DNA of 64,000 bases from Cetorhinus maximus (lineage: Eukaryota): the NCBI RefSeq assembly GCF_964194155.1, contig NC_135901.1, positions 868,001 to 932,000 of the forward strand, given 5' to 3'. The translations under genes were made by a program, and so were the position numbers. Positions within the stretch are counted from its first letter, which is position 1. Each line of letters opens with the position of its first letter. The notes under the pieces were generated by a model that worked only from the letters and a program-made list of their open reading frames with translations, was not told where the DNA came from and did not search any database. Below are positions 1 through 12,724 of this stretch, piece by piece.

Positions 1-329
1 GAGTTCGTGAAGCCTTTCCCACACACAGAGCAGGCGAACAGTCTCTCCCCTGTGTGAACTCGCTGGTGTCTCAGAAGGTGGGATGATTTAGTGAATCCCT
101 TCCCACACACAGAGCAAGTGAATGGCCTCTCCCCAGTGTGACTGCGGCGATGAATATGCAGCTCAGATGGGTAATTGAATCTCTTCTCACAGTCCCCACA
201 TTTCCACGGTTTCTCCCCGGTTGGATAACACTTGTGGTTTGACAGGTTAGATGATCGTCTGAAGCCTCGTCCACACAGAGAACACATGAAAGGCTTCTTC
301 CCATTGTAAACAGTGCTTTCTGATTCCAT
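1..329 (-). CDS. C2H2 zinc-finger gene A, 5' part (runs off the left edge)
   Basis: Manual translation from ATG at 329: [23 protein letters not shown]...[56 protein letters not shown]; family splice acceptor TTTACAG|G at 433/434. Confidence 0.85.
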   Translation of the reverse strand, partial: MESESTVYNGKKPFMCSLCGRGFRRSSNLSNHKCYPTGEKPWKCGDCEKRFNYPSELHIHRRSHTGERPFTCSVCGKGFTKSSHLLRHQRVHTGERLFACSVCGKGFTN

Positions 330-894
330 GTTCAAAAGCTGACCTTGTTCATGTCCCAATGAATTGAGTGACTGTCAGATTCTGATGCGATGATTGATTT
401 GAGGTTCCCATCCACAAATCATCTCCTAATATCCTGTAAAATTAATTCAAATGGGAGAAAGAGAAGTGATAAACACAGTAGCAGGTTGTGAAATTGAGCT
501 GAATGAGTCTGGTAACTTGTGGGGAGGGCACTAAGAAAAAGTGACCATGAAAGCTGCCATTGTCATTAAAAACTCAACTGTTCCTTCAGTGAAGGGAATC
601 TGGCCTGGACCTACACAAGAATCCAGCCTCGATGGGAGGAGAAAGACTGAGGTGGGAGAGGGATGGAGTGAATGAGAACGTTTACCATCCCAAAGGACAC
701 GGGAACAATATCTACCGCAAATTCCCCTTCCAATCGCAAACCAAGCTGACTCACACTTACAGTGCCATTACCTCATTGTTGCTGGGTGAAAATCCTGTAA
801 CTCCTTAACTCACAGCACTGTGGCAGTACCTTCACCACACAGACTGCAGCGATTGATCAAGCATCACCTTCTCAAGGGGAAACTGCTGATTGTC

Positions 895-1250
895 AATATT
901 TTTTTGAATTCATTCACAGATGTGGGTGTCGTTGATTAAGCCAGCATTTAATATCCATCCCCAACTGCCCTTGAGATGATAGAGGTGAGTCACCTTCTGG
1001 AAAGGCTGAAGTGCATGTGGTATAGGTACACCCACAGTGTTGTTAGGAAGGGAGTTCCACGATTTTGATCCAGCAACAGTGAAGGAATGGGGATATAGTT
1101 CCAAATCAGGATGGTGTGTAGCTTGGAGGGAAACTTGCAGGAGGCGATATTCCCATGCATCTGCTGCCCTTGTCCTTCGAGGTGGTAAAGGTCGTGGGTT
1201 TGGAAGGTGCTGTTGAAGGAGGCTTAGCGAGTTGCCGGTCATGCTCGTGT
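895..1250 (-). mobile_element. 3' fragment of a CR1/L2-group LINE (tail shared with the tRNA-derived SINE)
   Basis: Homologous to 34080-34750 and 41813-42590 (SWNSLPNNTVGVP...FQK..H.HLKG); ends in a GAATGAAT plus A-rich tail. Confidence 0.65.
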
Positions 1251-1539
1251 TGCCCATGTCCCAATGACTAATTTTAAAAGGTTGTGTATTTAAAATATAA
1301 AGCGTAGACAGAAATACTTTCTCCCACTTGAAACATGGCTTTTAATTGGTCCGTCTGTGTTTCTATACTTGGATTTGTCAGCAATGCGTACAATTAAACA
1401 AAAGCAAAACATGCACATGCAGGATATCTGAATTTTTTTTAAAAGTGCTGGTTAAGGCAGCATCTGTGGAGAAGGAAACAGAGTTTGCAACATAACACTC
1501 ACCGATAGGCACTGACTCATGGTGGCTGTTATTCCCACA

Positions 1540-1890
1540 ATCCCCCGCACCCCAGAAACTGCTCCTTTCCCCAGGCGCTGAGAGTGCGCATGCTCCCTAC
1601 GGCCAGTCGCGGGTCATTCTGGGCGGCTCCTTTGTTGTGAGTCGGACTCGGTGGAAACGGGAGAAGAAACCGGGAAGCGGCGGCGAGGATGGGGGAGACG
1701 CTGCAGCATCGCTTTAATGGGCAGCGCCGACCCCCAGCCCGGGGAGATCACCGCACTTCCGCCGGGCCCAGTCGCTCTCATTCGGTCACTGTTCCTGAGG
1801 CTGCCACATCGCGCATGCTCTGTGCATGCAGGCCGACACAGGGGGCGGGGCCTTTCCGCACCTGCGCGTTACGGCCCTTCTGATGGGGTG
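1540..1890. promoter_or_regulatory. CpG-rich promoter/first-exon region, probably for ZNF gene A
   Basis: High CpG density in CpG-poor surroundings; TGCGCATGC (NRF1-like) near 1586, CGCGCATGC near 1810, GC box GGGGCGGGGC near 1842. Confidence 0.6.
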
Positions 1891-2129
1891 GGACATGTCT
1901 CAGGCTTTGACATCCCGTTTCAAGTGTGATGCCCAGAACTGAAGACAGCATTCCCACTGAGGTCTAACCAGTGCTTTATAAAATCAAGCGTTAACTTATT
2001 TAACATAAACACACTCAAAATAAATTGTTCAAGTTATGCACTAAAATACCACATGGAGTTCACATCAGGTTGCTAACTGCTACAACAATTGTACATCAAG
2101 CATTTGATCTCCAGGTAAAGAACATTGTG

Positions 2130-2575
2130 GTTGTCCATTGGTTATCCCTTATGTCGGGGATGATTCTTTCTTTTGGATGACTGTGTGGCAGTGAGATGTC
2201 AGTGGGTTCACAGGTGACTAATGAGCCCTATCTTAGCCTTGCAAGCTCTTCCTACAGTCAGGACATAGGGGTTGTCAGCCAGTCGAGTTGGTGGTGGATT
2301 GTTGGCTCGAGCAACTGCCCTCTCTGGTCATCTCTTGTTGGATATTTTTGTTGATTGGAAAGTTTTGACACCATTTTTGATGATGAGTCACCACTTGGGT
2401 CGTGATTGTGCATCTGCTTCCCAAGTGTTTATATTCATAGAGCAGACCATCATGGAGGCTTTGATATTGTCTTTGAAACATTTGCTTTGGCTCCAAGTGA
2501 AGGAGTGCCTTGGTGTAGCTCTGAGCACAGCACCTGTTTGTGCAATCTGAATTCGGGCATTCTGATCACATATCC
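2130..2575 (-). mobile_element. RTE-clade LINE 3' fragment, degenerate
   Basis: Minus strand reads RMPEFRLHKQVLCSELHQG, matching the RTE C-terminal motif RMPxxRxPKQxLYxEL. Confidence 0.6.
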
Positions 2576-3030
2576 AGACATAGTGGTTACATCAATGAAT
2601 TAGTAATCTGGAGACTGGAATAATAATCTGGAGTTCAAATCCCACGACAGCAGTTAGAGATTTTAAATTCAGTTAGTTAAGTAAATCTGGGATAAACATC
2701 TACAATAAAAGCTGGTATCAGTGACCATAAAACTACCGGATTTTCCAACTGGGCGTCCATTGGATATCCTTTAGGACAAGAAACCTGCCATTCCAACCTC
2801 ATGGGTCTGCAGGTTACTCCAGAACAACAGCAATGTGCTTGACCCTTTGAAATGGCCTAAAAGCCACTTGGTTGTATCAAAACTGCTCAGAGAAACTAAA
2901 ATCCTCATGGACTGCAGTAGTTCTAGAAGATGGGTTGCCAAGGGCAGTGATCTTGAGGGCAGTGAGGGATAGCAATAAATGTTCGCCTTGCCAGTGACAC
3001 CCGCATACAGTGATGAATGAAAAATAATTC
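2575..3030 (+). mobile_element. tRNA-derived SINE (SacSINE1/DeuSINE-like)
   Basis: A-box-like TAGTGGTTA, B-box GTTCAAATCCC, central body and LINE-like tail ending ATGAATGAAAAATAA; paralogous to 30985-31350. Family name is from memory. Confidence 0.6.
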
Positions 3031-3379
3031 CCTGTGTTATAGATGTGTGGCAGCATAACTGAAAATACATGACCAGGAGTATCCACGAGAATGAGCCCTA
3101 TTTTAGTCTTGCAGGCTCTTCCTCCTGATCTCCTGAGATCACGTTTGATTGGGAGGGTTTGGATTCTTCTGTCATTGCTGTTGTTTTGGGAAACATTTGA
3201 GGGATTCGCGATTCTCCATCAATTGCTACTCCCCTTCTTTCTGGTGGATAATGGAAGGTCTGTGCACTTGGGTTTCTGTACAATTTGCTTCTTAAATTTA
3301 TCCATTTCCCGACCCGCGCACCAATCTCCACATCATTGTAAAAGACAATCACTATCCACTAATTAGGACTTTTGATGGC

Positions 3380-3790
3380 GGGAATCTTACCCAGCATTCC
3401 TCGCGATGGTTAATGTCCCCTATCTACACCACAGGAGAGCCGTGCGCAGGGGCAGTACCGATCACTGTTTGGAGCATGCGTGATGTGATGGAGATGGGGC
3501 GAGAAGCTCCTTCTCCGCATCTGCAGCCGGTAATGATCCTGAAACGCGGAGGGAGCGATGAAGCAGTTGGACGGGGAGGGTTTCTAAACGCCTGATAAAG
3601 ATCTCAAACCTCGAATAAAACCCTGGGGATCCCGCGTTTGCAGCTCCGGCGCTTTTCTCCTGAGAAGAGGCCCACATTAACAGCCGCCATCTTGGTTCAT
3701 CTGGGAGCAGAGGGCATGCGCAGCCGTTCTGTGACGTAACGGTAGGCGGGGCTTCTGGATCCAGTGACCGGGAGAGAAAATGATTGTCAC
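3380..3790 (+). promoter_or_regulatory. CpG-rich promoter of ZNF gene B
   Basis: CpG-rich; YY1 consensus CAGCCGCCATCTTG at 3681-3694; GCATGCGCA near 3715; CRE/ATF-like TGACGTAA near 3732; paralogous to 26620-27000. Confidence 0.65.
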
Positions 3791-4410
3791 TCTGTGGATA
3801 GGAGCTGGAGAACTGAACCCAGGCAGTGGAGAGGGAGAGAGGGAATTGGGAGCGGAGGAAAGAAATGATGGAGATGGTGAGATGAGTTTGAATTTCAGCA
3901 CAGGGAGGAGGGAGAGTGTGTGGGACAGGAATTTACAGCTTTAGGGGAACAAGAAAGGAAAAAATGATCCATGGAAATTAGAATTGTCTGTTCCGAATTT
4001 CTATCTGGGACTTAAAGTAATGATTTTTGTAAACTCCTTTTACAGGATATTAGAATGGGAGGATTTGCAGATGAAAAATTCAAACCAAACATCACATCAA
4101 GATCTGATGGAGTCACTCGATTCACCAGGACCTGAACATCATCAGCCTTTCGAATGTAGAAGGAAAAATGATTGACTGTTCTGGTTGAGGGAAAAAAAAA
4201 TAACATCAGTGTGACTGGAAAATCACTGAGACACACACACACTCAAGTGAGAGTGTTCCAGTGCACTGACTGTGGAAAGAGCTTTAACCAGTTACAGAGC
4301 CTGAAAAAAAAACACACCTTTCACAGCAGCAATAAACTGTACACTTGTTCAGTGTGGGGTAAGGCTTCAATCAATCATCCAAACTAGACAGACACAAGAG
4401 TAACCAAAGC

Positions 4411-5013
4411 ATGGAGAAACCATGGAAATGTGGGGACTGTGGTAAAGGATTCAATTATCCATCCCGGCTGGAACACCATCGACGCAGTCACATTGGGGCC
4501 AGCACCATGGAGAAACCATGGAAATGTGAGGACTGTGGTAAAGGATTTGATTATCCGTGCCTGCTGGAAATCCATCGACGCAGTCACACTGGGGAGAAGC
4601 CGTTCATCTGCTCTGAGTGTGGGAGAGGATTTAGAAAGACAGCCTTCCTCATGTCACACCAGCAAATTCACACTGAAGAGAGGCCGTTCAGATGCTCTTC
4701 TTGTGGAAAGAGGTTCAGGCAGTCATCGACCCTCACTGCACACCAACGTGTTCACACTGGGGAGAAGCCATTCATCTGCTCTGTATGTGGGAAAGGATTC
4801 ACTCATTCATCTGGCCTTTGGTCACACCAGCGAATTCACACAGAAAACAAGCCATTCGGCTGTATTGTTTGTGAAAAGCGGTTCAGGCATTCATCTGATC
4901 TCAGTGTACACAAGCGAGTTCACACTGGGGAGAGACCATTCACTTGCTCCTTGTGTGGGAAGGGATTTACTCAGTCATCCAATCTTCTGACACACCAGCG
5001 AGCTCATAAGTGA
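4411..5013 (+). CDS. C2H2 zinc-finger protein B, 7 fingers; upstream part of the exon (4046-4410) is frameshifted
   Basis: 200-aa ORF with 7 CxxC-x12-HxxxH repeats and TGEKP-type linkers; acceptor TTTTACAG|G at 4045/4046. Confidence 0.85.
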   Translation: MEKPWKCGDCGKGFNYPSRLEHHRRSHIGASTMEKPWKCEDCGKGFDYPCLLEIHRRSHTGEKPFICSECGRGFRKTAFLMSHQQIHTEERPFRCSSCGKRFRQSSTLTAHQRVHTGEKPFICSVCGKGFTHSSGLWSHQRIHTENKPFGCIVCEKRFRHSSDLSVHKRVHTGERPFTCSLCGKGFTQSSNLLTHQRAHK

Positions 5014-5439
5014 CTGCAGGGGTTGGATTCTGCTGTTGTTGCTGCCGTTAATCACATCCAGGATTGATTGTCTGACAATATTTAGTTTGTTTCTGTTGAT
5101 GTTAGCAACACTATAACTGGCTGGAGTTTAATATTATGAAGGTGTTGCTGACTTTCACAGTTGCAATGTCCCTTTGTAAAAGCACCATCTGTGATATTTC
5201 CCTTTGATTCAAGAACTCTTACCAGGAATTAGCTTACAATAAAATTATGAACTTTTATTTCAATCCTAAATTGATATTTGATGCAAAATCTACAATTCAG
5301 TGTCTGAAAGGTTCCATGATTAACATCTCCAATTAGAAAGTGCTGATTAATCCTTGCTGACAATTCTTACTGACTTGCACATTCTTCACATTGGCACCTC
5401 CATGATGAAATTAAATTATCAAGGAACATGAAACAAAGC

Positions 5440-6625
5440 AGTAAAATGTTTTATAAGCACATCAATAAAAGCTTTATCAATCAACATTGATATTGATGAA
5501 GTTTGGAAGTCGCTGAGTTCAATCATTTCTGACACAGCAGCAGCAACTTTTGGTAAAGGTAGGACAAAGATTGGTTTGTGACCCACTCAGCAAAGATGAC
5601 ATCTGTCATTGAAGCAAAAAGCAAAGCCTACCTGATGCACAACATAAACCCAAAAGCTAGAACGCTGCATAGCTTGAAAGTAGCCAAGATAGTCATGTAA
5701 AAGACAGGGAGACACTCTGTAAATAAACATTGGATCAACCTACAAGAAATCCAAACTCTTGGTGTCAACGGAAATCGATGTGTTATGTATGATGGGATCA
5801 AGAGGGCGCTTGGTTCGACCATCACCAAAGTTGACCCACTGAAATCAGCAGCTGGTGGAGTATTCACCATTCGAAGTAAACATATGTCCTGCTGGGTTGA
5901 ACATTACTGTGAGCTGTACTCCCGTGAGACAGACATCTCCCAGATCTCCCAGTCTCTGTTTGACTCTCTCCAGCAGTTTCATGGTTGAATTGGATGATGA
6001 AACCTCACCACTTGAACTCACAAAGGCTATTGATTGCTTAGCAAGCAGAAAGGCACCCGGCAAGGATGGAATTCCAGCTGAACTGCTCAAGCAAGGAATG
6101 TCTCATCTACTGTCACACCTTCATGAGCTCCTCCTTCTCTGTCGGAAGGTAGGATCTGTTCCACAGGACATGGGTGATGGAAAAATCATCATAATGTTGA
6201 AAAATAAAAGTGACAGAGGAGATTGCAACAACTACAGGGACATTTCACTCCTTAAAGTCACTGGGAAGGTCTTCACTGGGGTCTTGCTTAAAGACTTCAT
6301 CTACTTGCAGACTGAGTGTATCCAGAAGCACAGTGCGGTTTCTGTGCTGTCAGATCTACAGTGAACATGATCTTCTCCATACAACAACTACAAGAGAAGT
6401 GTAGGGAACAGGATATACCTCTTTACCTTACTATCGTAGATCTCAGTAAAGCATTCAACACCGTTAGCAGGGCAGGACTCTACAAGATTTGGGAGAAAAT
6501 TGACTGTCCCCCAAAGCTGCTCAGTCTCATCCACTCCTTTCATGACAACATGCAGTGACTGTACAGTTTGACGGCACCACTTCCGACAGGTTCGGGGTGA
6601 AGAATGGAGTGAAACAGACGCCTAC
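5440..6625 (+). mobile_element. RTE (BovB-like) LINE reverse transcriptase fragment, frameshifted
   Basis: KAPGKDGIPAELLK, DCNNYRDISLL, PEAQCGF..RSTVNMIFSIQQLQEKCREQ, VDLSKAFNTVSR, CPPKLLSLIHSFHDNM are diagnostic RTE RT motifs. Confidence 0.85.
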
Positions 6626-6996
6626 ACCGAAAACAACAGTCCACAACGACACCTGATAACCCCGAATAATAATAACTTCTATCAGGGAGATAGAACAGGG
6701 AGATGTGACATTGATAATGAGATGAGTCATGAGATAAGTGCATTTAAAGTCCAGATAGCTGTTGTTTAAATCAGTGCCTCCCAAACTTTTTCCCAGTGTG
6801 ACCACATTTTAATTCCTCAGACTTCATGTGACCCCCAAGTGAAAATTTGAGTGGACGAGAGTTGTTGTGCGGAGTGGGGAGGGGGCTTCAGCGGTTGAGC
6901 AGGGGGGATTATTAAACTGTTTTAACTCTGATTATTACTGTAATAGCATCCTGATCATTCACCTTATAGGATCCTGATTATTGAAACAATTGGCAA

Positions 6997-7555
6997 ATGG
7001 GCAAGATTCTAAAAATAATTATTTGGGATAGAATTAGCAGTCAAATGGAAATATATGGGTTCATAAGGAAGAGCCAACATGGATTTCTATACGGGAAATT
7101 GTGTTTAACTAATTGGCTGGAGTTTTTTGAAGAGGTAACAGAAAAGGTTGATGAGGGTAATGCTGTCGATGTGGTGTACATGGACTTTCAAAAGGCATTT
7201 GATACAGTGCCACACAACAGACTTGTGAGAAAAGTCATTGCTCATGGAATAAAAGGAACAGTAGAAATGTGGATACAAAATTGGATGAGGAATAGGAAGC
7301 AGAGAGCAGTGGTCAATGGCTATTTTTCAGAGTAGAGGAAGTTTTGTAGTGGAGTTCCCAGGGAAGTATTGGGACCTTTGCTTTTCTTGATATATATTAA
7401 TGATTGAGATCTTGGTATGCAGGGGATAATTTCAAAGTTTGCAGATGATACAAAGCTGGGAATGGGCAGATAGGTGGCAGATGAAGTTCAATGTGGAGAA
7501 GTGTGAGGTGATGGATTTTGGGAGGAAAAATATGGACAGACAATATAAAATAAGT
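6997..7555 (+). mobile_element. CR1 LINE RT fragment
   Basis: SQHGF...CLTNWLEFFEEVT...VDVVYMDFQKAFDTVPH...WIQNW...FADD. Confidence 0.85.
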
Positions 7556-8180
7556 AAACAGTGTTGTTCAGCCTCAGACAGTTTCCAGGGAGGGGGATGG
7601 ACTTGGTAGTTAGGGAACAGAATTTGTAGTGGTGACTGAAGACAATGGCTTTGGTCTTCCCAATTTTTAATTGGAGGAAATTTCTGCTCATCCAGTACTG
7701 GGTGTTGGATAAGCAGTTTCATAATTTAGTAACAGTGGAGGAATGGAGAGGGATGTTGGTGAGGTAGAGCTGGGTGTTGTCAGTGTACATGTAAAACTAA
7801 CACGGTGCTTTTGGATGATGTCATCTCGTAGCAGCATGTAGATGGGAAGTAGGAGGTGCCGAGGATTGGATGGTCAGCAGTTTAGTGAGAATCAAGAGAG
7901 TAGAAGGCAGGTCTCATGGACAAGGTGATCTCTGAGGGAAATAGAAGATAGAAGCAAAACTGGAGAAAGATGCAAGTTCAGGGCTTGGACAATGGGAGAC
8001 TTCAGAGACAGTTTTGCCCAGTGCGCTAGTGGAAGGGAGGCAAGCAGCAGGGGCAGCTGATCAGATTGTCTCAATCTTAGTGACAAAGAAGCTCCATGAG
8101 ATCCTCACACTTGGTGGGGGTGAGGATGGAGGAGACAGGGGAGAGGGAGAGCCCTTCAAAAGGAACTAACTTATGTTAGA
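7556..8180 (-). mobile_element. L2-like LINE remnants, part of the duplicated ZNF 3' flank
   Basis: WMSRNFLQLKIGKTKAIVF and a (F)HMYTDNTQLY-like degenerate YADD; the same block flanks ZNFs at 13.5, 38.5-39.2, 52.6 and 55.3-56 kb. Confidence 0.7.
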
Positions 8181-8353
8181 GATATTAAAAAGATTCAATA
8201 CACCGTGTTTCACACAAAGCTGATTTATTTGACTTTTATCCAGAGTATTAGTTCATATGACTGGGCTGGATTTTATGAACATCAGCAGCGACAGACACCA
8301 ATGAAAATGGTTCAGTCCTGGATATGATTAACAGCAATATCCCATCACCATCG

Positions 8354-8717
8354 TTACCTGTGAACTCGCTGGTGTTTCAGCAGGTGGATGAGGTGGTGAA
8401 TCCCTTCCCACAGTCAGGGCAGCTGAACGGTCTTTCCCCAGTGTGAAAGCGCTGGTGTGTCGGCAGGGTGGATGACTGAGTGAATCCCTTCCCACACATG
8501 ATGCAGGTGAATGGCCTCTCCCCAGTGTGAGCTCTCTGGTGTTGCAGCAGGTTGGATGGCTGAATGAATCCCTTCCCACACTCAGGCAGGAGAACGGCCT
8601 CTCCCCAGTGTGACTGCGCCAATGAGCTTCCAGTTCAGACGGAGATCTGAATCCCTCCTCACAGTTTCCACATTTCCACGGTTTCTCCCCACTCTGAATG
8701 GTGCTTTTTCCTTCCAT
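8354..8717 (-). pseudogene. C2H2 zinc-finger pseudogene C, 4 fingers, two frameshifts
   Basis: Fingers split between ORFs 8328..8723 and 8377..8622; frameshifts near 8585 and 8385; acceptor at 8826/8827. Confidence 0.8.
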
Positions 8718-10494
8718 GTTCAAAATGTGATGATATTCAGGTTATGGCAAATTGGGCGACTCTGTCAGGTCCCGATGTGATGTTTGGTTTGAATTTCAGG
8801 ACTGCAAACCCTGCCCTTCTAATACCCTGTGAAATTGATTTCAAACAGAAAATAAACGAGTGAGAGAGAACCCACAAAAACACAAAGGCAGCTTGTGAAA
8901 TTAAGCTGAGTGAACCTGGAAATTTGTATGGTTGGCACTAGGAAGAAGTGACCATTAAAGCTGCTGCATTTTTTGTAAATAACCAACTGGTTCACTAACT
9001 TCCTTTAGGGAAGGGAATCTGCCACCCAGTCTGGCCTAGACAAGACTCTCACCTCTATAGGAACAAACACCCTGTGGAACCTGCTCCACCGTTCAACATG
9101 ATCATGGCTGATCTTGGTCTTCAACTCCACTTTCCCACCCACTCCCCATATCCCTCGATTACCTGAGACCAAAGATCTCTCCAACTCAGCCTTAAATATA
9201 TTTAAAGATGGAGCATCCAGAGACCTCTGGGCTAGAGAATTCTCTGTACCAAGAAAGACAGAGAGAAGGAAAGGAAAGGAGTGGGAGAGAGAGAAAAAAA
9301 ACATTGAGAGGAATCAGATAGAGAGAGAGGGTGGGGCAGGGAGTGGGAGAGGCAGAGGGAAATGGAGAGGCATTTTATAGACCTACAAATGTTCCACAAC
9401 TTGACAGAATCTCCCAAACCCTCAACCTCCACCAGCTAGAAGGGCCAGGGTAGCAGGTATATGTGAACACCATCACCTCCATGTTCCCCTCCAAGTCACA
9501 CACCATCCTGACTTGACTGACGTCCAGTACTGGATGAGCAGAAATTTACTCTATTTATATATTGGGAAGACCAAAGCAATTGTCTTCAGTCCCCTCTGTA
9601 AACTCCACTCCCGAGCCACCAACTCCCTCTACCTGCCATTTGTCTGAGGATGAACCAGACTGTTCAAAACCATGGCAAAATATTTCACTCCAAGAGGAAC
9701 TTTCAAACACATATACACATCATTACCAAGACCGCCTATTTCCACCTCAGTAACATCTCTTGACTCCACCCTAGTCTCATTTCATCTGCTGCAGAAACTG
9801 TCAACCATTCCCTTGTTACTTGTTATTTCTAGACTTAACTCTAGCTGGAGGTTCTGGAGCCAGGGGAGAGAGTCTCAGAATAAAGGGCAGGCCATTTGGG
9901 ACTGAGACAAGGAGGATTTTTTTTCACTCAGATGGTGGTGGATCTTTGGAATTCACTGCCCCACAGGGCTGTGGAGGATCAGTCATTGATTATGTTCAAG
10001 ACTGAGATCGATAGATTTCTACATCTCAGAAACATAAAGGGATACGGGGATAGTGCAGGAAAATGGTATTGAAGTAGAAATGATCTCATTGAATGGATGA
10101 GCAGGCTCAAAGGGCTGAATGGCCGACTCCTGTTCCTATTTCTTATGTTCTTAGGCTCTCTCCCAACATTCAACCTCCCTGTAATCTTGAGGTGATCCAA
10201 AATTCTGCCGCCTGTGTGCTTACTCACACCAAGATGTGTTCACCCATTACCCCTGTGCTCACTGACCTACAAAGGTTCCTTTTGAAAAGCAATAAAACTT
10301 TAATTTCTCATCCTTGTTTTTAAATCCCTCCATGGTCTTGCCTCTCTCTATCTCTCTAATCTCCTCCAGTCTCACAACCCTCCAAGATCTCTGCACTCCT
10401 CCATCTGTATTGTAACCATTCAATGATTTAATGATAAAGAACTGACACTGGAGACCAGGGACCAGCCTCTGGAGCCAATGCCTAACCTGATACA

Positions 10495-12176
10495 ATCTAG
10501 TAACATCCCCAATGTTCAAGAGAGTCGGGGGGCGGAGGTGAGTATGGTGGCCATTACCAAGGAGAAGGTGCTAGGAAAACTGAAAGGTCTGAAGGTGGAT
10601 AAATCACCTGGACCAGATGAATTACAGGCCAGAGTTCTGAAGGAGATAGCTGAAGAGATAGTGGAGGCGTTAGTGGTGATCTTTCAGGAATCACTCGAGT
10701 CAGGGAGGGTCCCAGAGGACTGGAAAATCGCTAATGTAACCCCCCTGTTTAAGAAGGGAGTGAGGCAAAAGACAGGAAATTCCAGGCCGATTAGCCTGAC
10801 CTCGGTCATTGGTAACATTTTAGAGTCCATTATTAAGGATGAGATTTCAGAATACTTGGAAGTGCATGTTAAAATAGGGCAAAGTCAGCATGGTTTCATC
10901 AAGGGGAGGTCATGCCTGACAAATCTGTTAGAATTCTTTGAGGAGGTAACGAGTAGGTTAGACAAAGGAGAGCCAATGGATGTTATCTACTTGGACTTCC
11001 AGAAGGCCTTTGACAAGGTGCCGCACAGGAGGCTGCTCAGTAAGATAAGAGCCCATGGTGTTAGAGGCAAGGTACTAGCATGGATAGAAGATTGGCTGTC
11101 TGGCAGGAGGCAGAGAGTGGGGATAAGGGGGTCCTTCTCAGGATGGCGACCGGTGACTAGTGGAGTTCCGCAGGGGTCAGTATTGGGACCACAACTTTTC
11201 ACTTTATACATTAATGACCCAGATGAAGGAACTGAGGGCATCCTGGCTAAGTTTGCAGATGATACAAAGATAGGTGGAGGGACATGTAGTATTGAGGAGG
11301 CAGGGAGGCTGCAGAAGGATTTGGACAGTCTAGGAGAATGGGCAAAGAAGTGGCAGATGGAATACAACGTGGGCAAGTGTGAGGTCATGCACTTTGGTAG
11401 GAAGAATAGATGCATAGACTATTTTCTAAATGGGGAGAGAATTCAGAAATCTGGAGCGCAAAGGGATTTGGGAGTCTTAGTCCAGGATTCTCTTAAGGTT
11501 AACTTGCAGGTTGAGTCAGTAGTTAGGAAGGCAAATGCAATGTTGGCATTTATTTCGAGAGGACTAGAATATAAAAGCAGGGATGTGCTGCTGAGGTTTT
11601 ATAAGGCTCTGATCAGACCACATTTAGAATATTGTGAGCAATTTTGGGCCCTGTATCTCAGGAAGGATGTTCTGGCCCTGGAGAGGGTCCAGAGGAGGTT
11701 CACGAGTACGATCCCAGGAATGAAAGGCTTAACATATGAGGAACGTTTGAGGACTCTGGGTCTATACTCAATGGAGTTTAGAAGGATGAGGGGGGGATCT
11801 GATTGAAACTTACAGAACACTGAAAGGCCTGGATAGAGTGGACGTGGGGTAGATGTTTCCATTAGTAGGAGAGACTAGGACCCGAGGGCACAGCCTCAAG
11901 AGTAAAGGGAAGACCTTTTAGAACAGAGATGAGGAGAAACTTCTTTAGCCAGAGAGTGGTGAATCTATGGAATTCATTACCACAGAAGGCTGTGGAGGCC
12001 AGGTCATTGAGTGTATTTAAGAGCGAGATAGATAGGTTCTTGATTGGTAAGGGGATCAAAGGTTACAGGGAGAAGGCGGGAGAATGGGGTTGAGAAACTT
12101 ATCAGCCATGATTGAATGGCGGAGCAGACTCGATGGGCCGAATGGCCTAATTTCTGCTCCTATGTCTTCTGGTCTA
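10495..12176 (+). mobile_element. 5'-truncated CR1 LINE with a largely open RT and complete 3' end
   Basis: 442-aa ORF 10478..11806 (KSPGPD, QHGF, YLDFQKAFDKVPH, SGVPQGSVLGP, KFADD); frameshift in the G-run near 11790; CR1-type tail ...CCTATGTCTTCTGGTCT. Confidence 0.92.
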
Positions 12177-12179
12177 AAC

Positions 12180-12550
12180 CGGCTCTTCATTGATCTGGGA
12201 GCTGCGGCCCCGCTCGATGCAAACGGGGGAGGGGGACCGGTCAGTTTATTTCCGGGGTTTGCGGTTTACACAACATGTTTCCGGAGCCTCTCCGTCCACC
12301 CGCCGAATCCATCGCTCCCTCCGCCCCGCCATCCCCCCCTTTACCCATTGTGGACCCGTCTCCCTATCGCCGTTACCCGCACTGCGCATGCTCAAGTCAC
12401 AGCCCGGCCCCACCCCTTCATTCACTCCGATTGGTTGGAGGACCAGTCCCGCCTTCTAGGTCCTCCAGTCCTGCCCTCTCTTCCTATTGGTCCGGAGCTG
12501 CCGTCAATCACCCGGGCATTGTGACGGTTTCAAACGCTGAGAGCGGCCAC
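12180..12550 (-). promoter_or_regulatory. CpG-rich promoter/non-coding first exon, probably for ZNF C
   Basis: ACTGCGCATGCTC (NRF1-like) at 12381, CCAAT boxes (ATTGG) near 12430 and 12485; paralogous to 20070-20440, 46060-46420 and 62450-62700. Confidence 0.6.
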
Positions 12551-12652
12551 AGACTCAGCCTGACTTGCTGATTCTTGGCAGCATTTTCTATTTGGGAATT
12601 AGAGCTAGAGATGGATGGTCAGTTCCCCTCTGTCCGGGGGGGATTCACACTC

Positions 12653-12724
12653 ATTTCCCCAGTGCAGTGATTATCACGTTTACTTTACATGAGAAAGTCC
12701 CCGGTTCAATCCCGGCTGGAAACT
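12653..12724 (+). pseudogene. tRNA-Val(TAC)-like pseudogene
   Basis: ATTTCCCCAGTGCAGTGATTATCACGTTTACTT-TAC-ATGAGAAAGTCCCCGGTTCAATCCCGGCTGGAAACT aligns by eye to vertebrate tRNA-Val; D-loop GG lost and stems mismatched. Confidence 0.75.

Noticed and set aside
3098-3352. 84-aa minus-strand ORF as a separate gene
   Set aside because: The paralogous sequence at 26600-26750 has no matching open frame and the region overlaps a ZNF 3' UTR remnant
4430-4990. Long alternative-frame and antisense ORFs over ZNF exons (TLGRGHS..., HWGEAI..., MNSLV...)
   Set aside because: Shadow frames of the 84-bp finger repeat; they recur over every ZNF and carry no independent signal
6770-6850. hAT-like terminus CAGTGCCTCCCAAACTTTTT
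   Set aside because: Only one end visible; no partner TIR or 8-bp TSD found
12653-12724. Functional tRNA-Val gene
   Set aside because: D-loop GG lost and acceptor and anticodon stems mismatched; called pseudogene
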